64,000 nucleotides of DNA from Azolla caroliniana. Its lineage: Eukaryota > Plantae > Polypodiophyta. The notes beneath the pieces are model-generated. The model did no database searches. It saw only the letters and a list, made by a program, of their open reading frames with translations, and was not told where the DNA came from. The translations under genes were made by a program, and so were the position numbers. Of the stretch, positions 56,439 through 64,000 are shown piece after piece; position 1 is the stretch's first letter, and the number at the start of each line of letters is the position of its first letter. The stretch is from contig JBHGNT010000018.1 of assembly GCA_043228905.1 (NCBI GenBank), positions 5,394,001-5,458,000 on the forward strand. The letters run 5' to 3'.

Positions 56439-59400
56439 TGTTGGAAAATATAAGGAAAATAATATTATAAAATAAATAAATTGTAAAAATAAAAGTATGA
56501 TATGAAAAGTCATACCACTAACGATTACAACTGAACAAGTAAAGGACACACATGTCCTATAAAGAGATATGCACGCCTCTCTATAGATTAGTATAGAAAA
56601 GGAATCAATTTCTGAATTAAAACAAATTTTATCTCTCTTTCTCTCTATCTCCCTATCTCTGTTGTTTTACATGGTATCAGAGCGGGTTCCCTATTCTACC
56701 ATAGAAAAATCAGAGTCTGTAGATCAAACTTTCTACACCGAAACAACAATAAATAAGAGAAAATCAAAGAACAACCATATACAACTTTCTACACAAAATA
56801 ATAATATACATATCTCAGAATAGGCCAGAACCTTTACCCCTTCTAAGGCCTGCACACTCTTGTTTTTCTTGAACAAATAACCTTTAGTAGCAAATGGCTC
56901 AGGCAACATCTTCATCCCAAAACTTCATGTATAGGAAAACAACCATTAGCAAATTGAATAACACAAATTATCGAGTTTGGAGTAGCAAAATGACTCTCCT
57001 TTTCAAACAATTGAAATTATGGGCAGTAGTTTTGGGAAATCAGTCCCTCCGGATGGAATCCGGTGATGAATGAAGAGGACCTGGTGATGAATGAAGAGGA
57101 CCCGGTGAGAACCAGAAGAGAGACATATCTATAAATATGTTTCTTTGAGTAAGCCTATTGAGGTTATATTTGTAAATAGCCCTAAGTTCATATAAGTATA
57201 AATATGACTTAGGGCAATAACTTTAAAATGACGCATTAGTTGTTGTTGTTGATATATATTGTTGTATAGAGAGAGCGACAGAGAGAGAGAAAGTGAGATA
57301 CAAAGAAATACTCTGTTGTAACCGCCAGTTGGCGAAGAAACAGAGCTCGAGGTCGTTGCCTCTGAGTCTCTGATTGTACCCTCTTTTCTTCATAGTGATA
57401 GTTGGAGTCTGTGGGCTCCCGTGGTTTTTTCCCATTCAGGGTTTTCCACATAAACATCCTGTGTACTCTCTTTTGTGTGTACGTCTATTCCCATTCCTGT
57501 ATTGCTCTCTTATTGCAGTGATTCAAGACTCGGTTGTGGCCAAGCAATATTCCGCGCTATTCCTCTCAATCTAGTATCAGAGCCAATAACACAGAAAATG
57601 GAAGAATCGTTCGGCGGCATGTTCAAGCTTACCAGCTCCAACTACTTAGTGTGGAAGTCGAAGATGAGGGATATGCTGGTGGTCAAAGATCTTTGGTTGC
57701 CGGTTCAGCTCGAGGACAAGAGACTGGATAAGATCGACGCCACAGTGTGGGAGGTGATGCACATGAAGACGACGACATTCATCCGGTGCTTCATCGACAT
57801 GAGCATGTACAACAACTTCAATGAAGAAAGTAAGGCTCATGAACTCTGGGAGAAGATCGACATCATGTTCCAGAACAAGAATGTTGTTAACCGAGTTTCG
57901 GTATTCCAGAAGCTAGTGAGGCTTCGGTACCAAGACGGCTCCAGTATGGCAGAGCACATGAATACCTTCCAGGGGCTTATACATCAAGCAACCTCGTTAG
58001 AAGTACCTCTCACCAAAACTGGGACAAATAGGGGCCGAGGTCAAAGTCAAGGGGAAGGCCCACGTGCTTCTATTGCAAGAAACCGGGACACTTCCAGAAG
58101 AACTATCGACATTTCCAGGAAAAGAAGGAAACCGGCACCACCGATTTGAAGAAGAGTTTGAACCAAAACGGTTCAGACCGGAGAGGCCCGGATCGGAAAG
58201 GAATGTCGGCGATTGCGACAAGTAAAGAGGAACTGATGCTCATTACCGAGGAGAATGAGTTAAACCTTGTCGGCGACGAGACAACGTGGGTTGTCGATTC
58301 CGGAGCATCGTTTCACCTGACACCGGATCAGAGATACTTCTCATCCTACACAACCGGTGATCATGGTTGTGTCCGGATGGGGAATGAAGGGACATGCCGA
58401 ATTATCGGCATAGAGATGTGTTGTTGACAACATCAATCAGATGCAAGTTGCTATGGAAGGATGTTCGACACATTGTGGAGGTTCGACTGAACCTGATATC
58501 AGCCAACCGACTAGATGATGCTGGCTACATGGGTAGCATCCGGAACGGAGTCATGAAGTTCAACAAAGGGAGCCTAATAGTGCCTCAAGCCTGGAAGGTT
58601 AACACATTGTATCTGATGAATGCCCGGATATGTCGGGAAGAAGTGAACGTATCATCCGACACTGCCGGTGAGTTGTGGCACAAAAGACTATGTCACATGA
58701 ATGAGAAGGGGATGAGGAGGCTTGCCGAAAACAACCTCATTTTGGTGAAGGACGTGCAACTTGAAAAGTGCACCAATTTCTTGGCCGGCAAGAAAAACCA
58801 AACCTCCTTCCGGTCAAGAACACCGATGAGACGGAATGCACCACTGGAGCTGGTGCATTCCGATGTGTGTCAAGTGGACACGAAGTTAGATGTCGGATCG
58901 CAGTACTTCGTGATGTTCATAGATGATCATAGCCGGAAGTTGTGGTTCTCACCGTTGAAGACGAAGGATTAGGTGCTATCCATCCTCAAGGAGTTCCACA
59001 TGAGAGTGGAAAGAGAAACCGGCCGGAAGCTGAAGGTTCAAGCAGACAACGGAGGAGAATACCGGGGGCAGTTTGAGGAGTACTGCCAGTAGAAGGGAAT
59101 CTAGCTCGAGTTTACCGTGCCAAAGACGTCGGAACTAAACGGGTTGGCCGAAAGAATGAACCGAACCATAATACAGAGAGTCCAGAGCATGCTGGCACAT
59201 GCCAAGTTACCCAAGACGTTTTGGGTTGAGGCGCTGACGATGGCGACCTATGTGATAAACAGATCACCCTCAGTACCTTTGGGAGGAGACTCACCTCAGA
59301 AAGTATGGACCGGTAAAGATGTATCTTACCGGCATCTGAAGGTGTTCAGGTGTCTCGCATATGTGCATGTTGCAAAGGACAAGAGAGCAAAGCTGGATCC

Positions 59401-62400
59401 GAAGTCCAAGCCATGCATATTCCTTGGATCAGCGATGATGAGTTCGGTTACCGGGTGTGGGATCTGGTTGACAAGAAGGTGTTCCGGAGTCGGGACATAG
59501 TCTTCATGGAAGACAAGACCATTGCCGATTGGGAGTTGGAGACAAAGGTGATGAACTCCGGATCATCCAATGAAGACCGGTTTGAGGACACAAGGACTTA
59601 CCCGGTTGAGAACCGGATGTTAGCCGGTAACTGGATGACACTCGAAGAACTGGCCGGATATGGACAAGAAACCGAACCGACCGAAGAAGAAGAAGATACT
59701 GAAGAAGGCTCTGAACTGGACCTTCACAATGAAAGACTTGGATCCGGAAAGACAGATATTGGGAATGCACATCATTCGGGACCGATTGAAGAAGCTATTG
59801 TGGTTGTCACAGGAGAAGTACGTGACAAAGGTGCTTCAAAGGTTCAACATGTCGGAGGCAAAACCGGTCGGATTGACACTTCCGGCAAACTGCAAGCTAT
59901 CCGGGAAACAAAACCCGAGGACAAAGGCGGAGAAGACGGATGTGATGAAGATACCATATGCTTCTGCCATACGCGATGGTATGTACCCGGTCGGATATCG
60001 GATATGTAGTCGGAGTGGTAAGCCGGTTCATGAGCAATCCCGGAAGAGAGCATTGGAACGTGGTCAAGTGGATACTCCATTATCTGAAAGGCACCTCGAG
60101 TATGTGCCTCCAGTTCGGCTCCGGTAATCCTCAACTTGACGGATTCACTGATTCGGATATGTCGCCTGATGCGGATACCAGCCGGTCTACATCCGGATAT
60201 GTCATGACTTATGTAGGGGGAGCTGTTTCGTGGCAGTCGAGGCTGCAAAAGACGGTTGTGTTGTCAACCACGGAAGCGGAGTACATGGTAGATGTGTAAG
60301 CCGGCAAGGAGATAATCTAGATGAAGGACTTCATTGGAGAGCTAAGAATCAAATAGGAGGAACACCAGCTCTACTACGATAGTCAAAATGTCATCCACCT
60401 TGCAAAGAACGTGACCTACCATTCTCGGACGAAACATATCCAGCGGAGGTACCACGGGATCTGGGAGAGAGTAGAAGATCAAGAGTTCGTGCTCACGAAG
60501 ATCCACACGAAGGAGAACAGGTCGAACATGTTAACCAAGGTGCTGACAACTGACAAGTTGGACGCGTGCCGAAAGCGGATCGAGCTGACAAGACATCCCA
60601 TGCCGGAGTGAAGGGGGAGATTATTGGGAAATTAGTCCCTCTGGATCCGGTGATGAATGAAGAGGACATGGTGAGAACTGGAAGAGATCCGGAAACCGGA
60701 GGAGACCCGGTGAGAACCGAAAGAGAGGCATAATTGTAAATATGTTTTTTTGAGTAAGCCAATTGAGGCTATATTTGTAAATAGCCCTAAGTTCATATAA
60801 GTATAAATATGACTTAGGGAAATAACTTTAAAATGACGCAATAATTATTGTTGTTGATATATATTGTTGTATAGAGAGAGCGACAGAGAGAGAGAGAGTG
60901 TGTGTGTGAGATACAGAGAAATACTCTGTTGTAACCGCCGGTTGGCAAAGATACAGAGCTCGAGGTCGTTGCCTCTGAGTCTTTGATTGTACCCTCTTTT
61001 CTTCATAGTGATAGTTGGAGTTTGTGGGCTCCTATGGTTTTTTCCCATTTAGGGTTTTCCACGCAAACATCCTGTGTACTCTCTTTTGTGTGTACGTTTA
61101 TTCCCATTCCTGTGTTGCACTCTTATCGAAGTGATTCAAGACTCGGTTGTGGCCGAGCAGTATTCCGCGCTATTCCACTCAAGTAGTTGAGGGCACGGAG
61201 ATACAACCCAACACGTTAGACCCAAACTACCCTGCATGGGAAGAAAAAGATCTAGCAGCAAAGCAAGAAATCATGTCAAATTTGGAAGACTAGCGAACTG
61301 ACGGATCAAAAATTGTGTCACTGCAAATGACATGTGGATCGACTTGAAGAACGAATACGAACCAACTATAGATGGAAACCAGGTCATGACTCTAAACTCA
61401 TTAGTCATTCATAAACTCATGGAAACGCAAATTAGATGACTATCTTATGTCCGGAGTAGAGATCGAATCAGAGTTGCAAAGGCTCTTTCTATTAGGTGCA
61501 CTACCACCATCTTGGAGCATTTTTGTGACCACCCAAAACTTCAATACAAACACAACTCTCATTGACTTGATTAATTGTGTACGACAAGAAGAAGCCATGA
61601 AAATGGCATGTCGTCCTGAACAGACACAACACACATAAGCAATGATAGCATACCGTAGCAAACAACCCTATCAAAACCAAAGAACAGAATATAGTCCTAG
61701 AAGCTTTCTTGAAAACTCTAGACCACAAATCGAAGGCCTCATGTTCTCACAATATTTCTGCACCATCTGCAAGAAATTTCAAACAATCAATGTAGGCTTA
61801 GACAAACCAGAAATAAACAATCATATCAAAGACCCAAATCATCTCGAGTAGAAGTCCATCTAGCTAAAGAAGTTCCGGAAGACGACTCATACCCAACCGA
61901 AACAAACAATGATTCAGAAACAAATGGCGATGGCTATGACGACCTCATGCAAGCTTTTCTTGCAGAAGCTTTAACTACATGAATCAATGCTATACAAAAA
62001 TTAGACAACACTTGGTACTTCGATACCGGTGCCACGCATCATATGACAAATAATAAACAATCTATTAGAAATTATAAACCCTTATGAACACCAATTCTTG
62101 TTTATTTGACAACAATGGAAGCCGAAATGCATTAGGAAAAGGGGATGCCAACCTTCTCCTACAAGAAAATCAACTCCTCATTGTAAACAATGTCTATTTT
62201 GTTCCTGGAATTACAAAAAATCTATTATCTGTCTGTCAAGCAACCAAAAACGGTACATCCATAAAATTCGAAGAAACATATGCACAAATTAAGCATAAAA
62301 CTCTTGGCGGATAGACAACTAAATACATCTATAAACACCTAGATGAAGGGTTATACCGCATTCCATGCAGACCCGTGACTACCACATTAGAAGCATACTA

Positions 62401-64000
62401 TACATCGACAAACGAACAATTTCGTTTAACAAATTTGTGGCACCGTCGACTCGCACACACACATTTACAAGCAATAAAAACTATGCAACTACATAACATG
62501 GCATTAGGCCTTCCAAAAGCCCATCTCACAAATCTGAAAATTTGTGAAGGGTGCATTCTTGGAAAAACGTCCGAACATAGTTTTCCATGCCGACAAACCA
62601 CAAGGAGTCGACCACTGCAACTTGTCCACAACGATCTCTGTGGCCCTTTTCCTACAAAATCAATTAGTGGATCAGTATACTTCATAAGTTTTATTGATGA
62701 CTACAGTAAATTCATTGTTATCACCTTCCTAAAAGCTAAAAACCAAGCTCTATCTGGATTCAAGAATTATCTCTCTCTTGCTGAAAATCTAACAAACCAA
62801 AAACTTCAATTATTACAAACGGATGGAGGAGGGGAGTGCCAATCAAACGGATTCATAAATTTCTGCAAATCACAAGGAATCCACCATCGAAGGTCTATTC
62901 CACACACACCTCAACAAAACAGTACTGCAGAAAGGAAAAACAGAAGCCTATTAAACGCTGCTCGCAGCATGTTACATGCTACAAAACTAGAATCGAAGTT
63001 CTGGGAAGAAGCCATTGCGATAGCTTGCTACATTCAAAATCGAATCTACCACCACTCCCTAGGCTTCCTTACTCCGTTTGAACTCTGGTATGGACATAAA
63101 CCTCATCTCCAAAACTTGAAAATATTTGGTTGTCTTGCATTTGCTCACATATCAGATACGAAAAGAAAGAAACTTGATCCAAAAGCTAAGAAATCCATTT
63201 TTGTTGGCTATGGTGATGCCCATGGCTATAAAGCCTACCGCTTATATGACCCAAACACAAACACATTCTTTTTTAGTCGAAGTTTCCTCTTTGATGAAGA
63301 TACAATTCTTCAACAACACAAATGTTCTACAACACTTTCACCAACAACAGAAAATAATCAGCACAATCAGGAGGTAGTCACTCAATGGCGGCTACAACTT
63401 GATGAAACCTACTCACATTATATGCACCAAGTTCCCATTACCACTGATCCTACACCGTCCTCTATCTCCTTCACCATAACGCCCCCCTCACATCACCCAT
63501 TCTCTTATGCTGAGTACAGCTCCACACACTCGGGCACCACCTCTAAACCATTACATAGTCCAAAATTTTCCTCTTTGCATCAAGAAAATAGAACCATGCC
63601 ACCTAACAAAGGTGCAATGAACAGTCACGACCTCATCCCACCACGACACGTAGGACACCGTGATCATCCTCATCCATCTGTGGTTGAAACAGAAAATTAG
63701 CAACATGAGACATCATCGCCATTCTCTAGCTCTACATCAAATTCACATGGCACACATGAACCCTTCATCCACGTTTACTCTCGGCAACCATCCACGCGTT
63801 CACATACAAATTCCAAGATAAATACTTCCCTTATAAAACTAGACTTCCCTAACACCCAACAATCACACACTTCTGACAACGATACTACACCCCCTAGACG
63901 CTTTAGACCACTATGTGACATCTACCAAGAATTGGACAACCTTGAGTGTCACTTTAGCAACCTTGATAATGGTCACACATTCAATCTTGACTAGGACAGT
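56439..64000 (+). mobile_element. Ty1/copia element F (5' LTR, PBS, gag, PR, INT; runs off the window end), interrupted by element G
   Basis: LTR TGTTGG...TTTTACA 56439-56671; perfect iMet PBS TGGTATCAGAGC 56672-56683; gag from ATG 56894 (KLNNTNYRVW..LWAVV|EG); WYFDTGATHHMT near 62012; integrase ORF 62375-63700 (LWHRRLAH, LQTDGGGE, AERKNR, SH3). Confidence 0.92.
57030..61181 (+). mobile_element. Ty1/copia element G (Tnt1/Tork-like) with internal deletions, nested in the gag of F
   Basis: LTRs 57030-57568 and 60622-61181; TSD AGTAG (57025-57029, 61182-61186); PBS TAGTATCAGAGCC 57572-57584; PPT AAGGGGGAGA 60611-60620; WVVDSGASFH, LWHKRLCH, AERMNRT, STTEAEY. The N-terminal RT including YVDD is missing near 59700. 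Confidence 0.92.

Overview
Eukaryotic, repeat-rich plant genomic DNA, probably from a non-seed land plant such as a fern (inferred from Tcn1-type chromoviruses, a tRNA-Trp-primed gypsy, abundant (GA)n tracts and intronless lectin RLKs). The only host genes are four intronless G-type (B-)lectin/S-domain receptor-like kinases with a non-RD catalytic loop. They form two duplicated head-to-head pairs (10857-17688 and 49672-55642), and the fourth gene is disrupted. A 30.5 kb, four-level nest of LTR retrotransposons separates the pairs, and each insertion resolves by LTR termini and target-site duplications. More gypsy, copia, LINE and hAT-MITE sequence fills the rest. The most unusual signals are four. 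(1) An Athila-like element has a tRNA-Arg-like 3'-end copy (an antisense PBS) where the polypurine tract should be. (2) tRNA-like Pol III promoter boxes sit antisense in the U3 of five different LTR families. (3) A 56-bp-periodic hairpin-plus-spacer array lies in a chromovirus leader. (4) Covarying self-priming PBSs occur in two Tcn1-like elements, and the intact young one also has a -1 frameshift/pseudoknot signal. All coordinates and divergence counts were read by eye.
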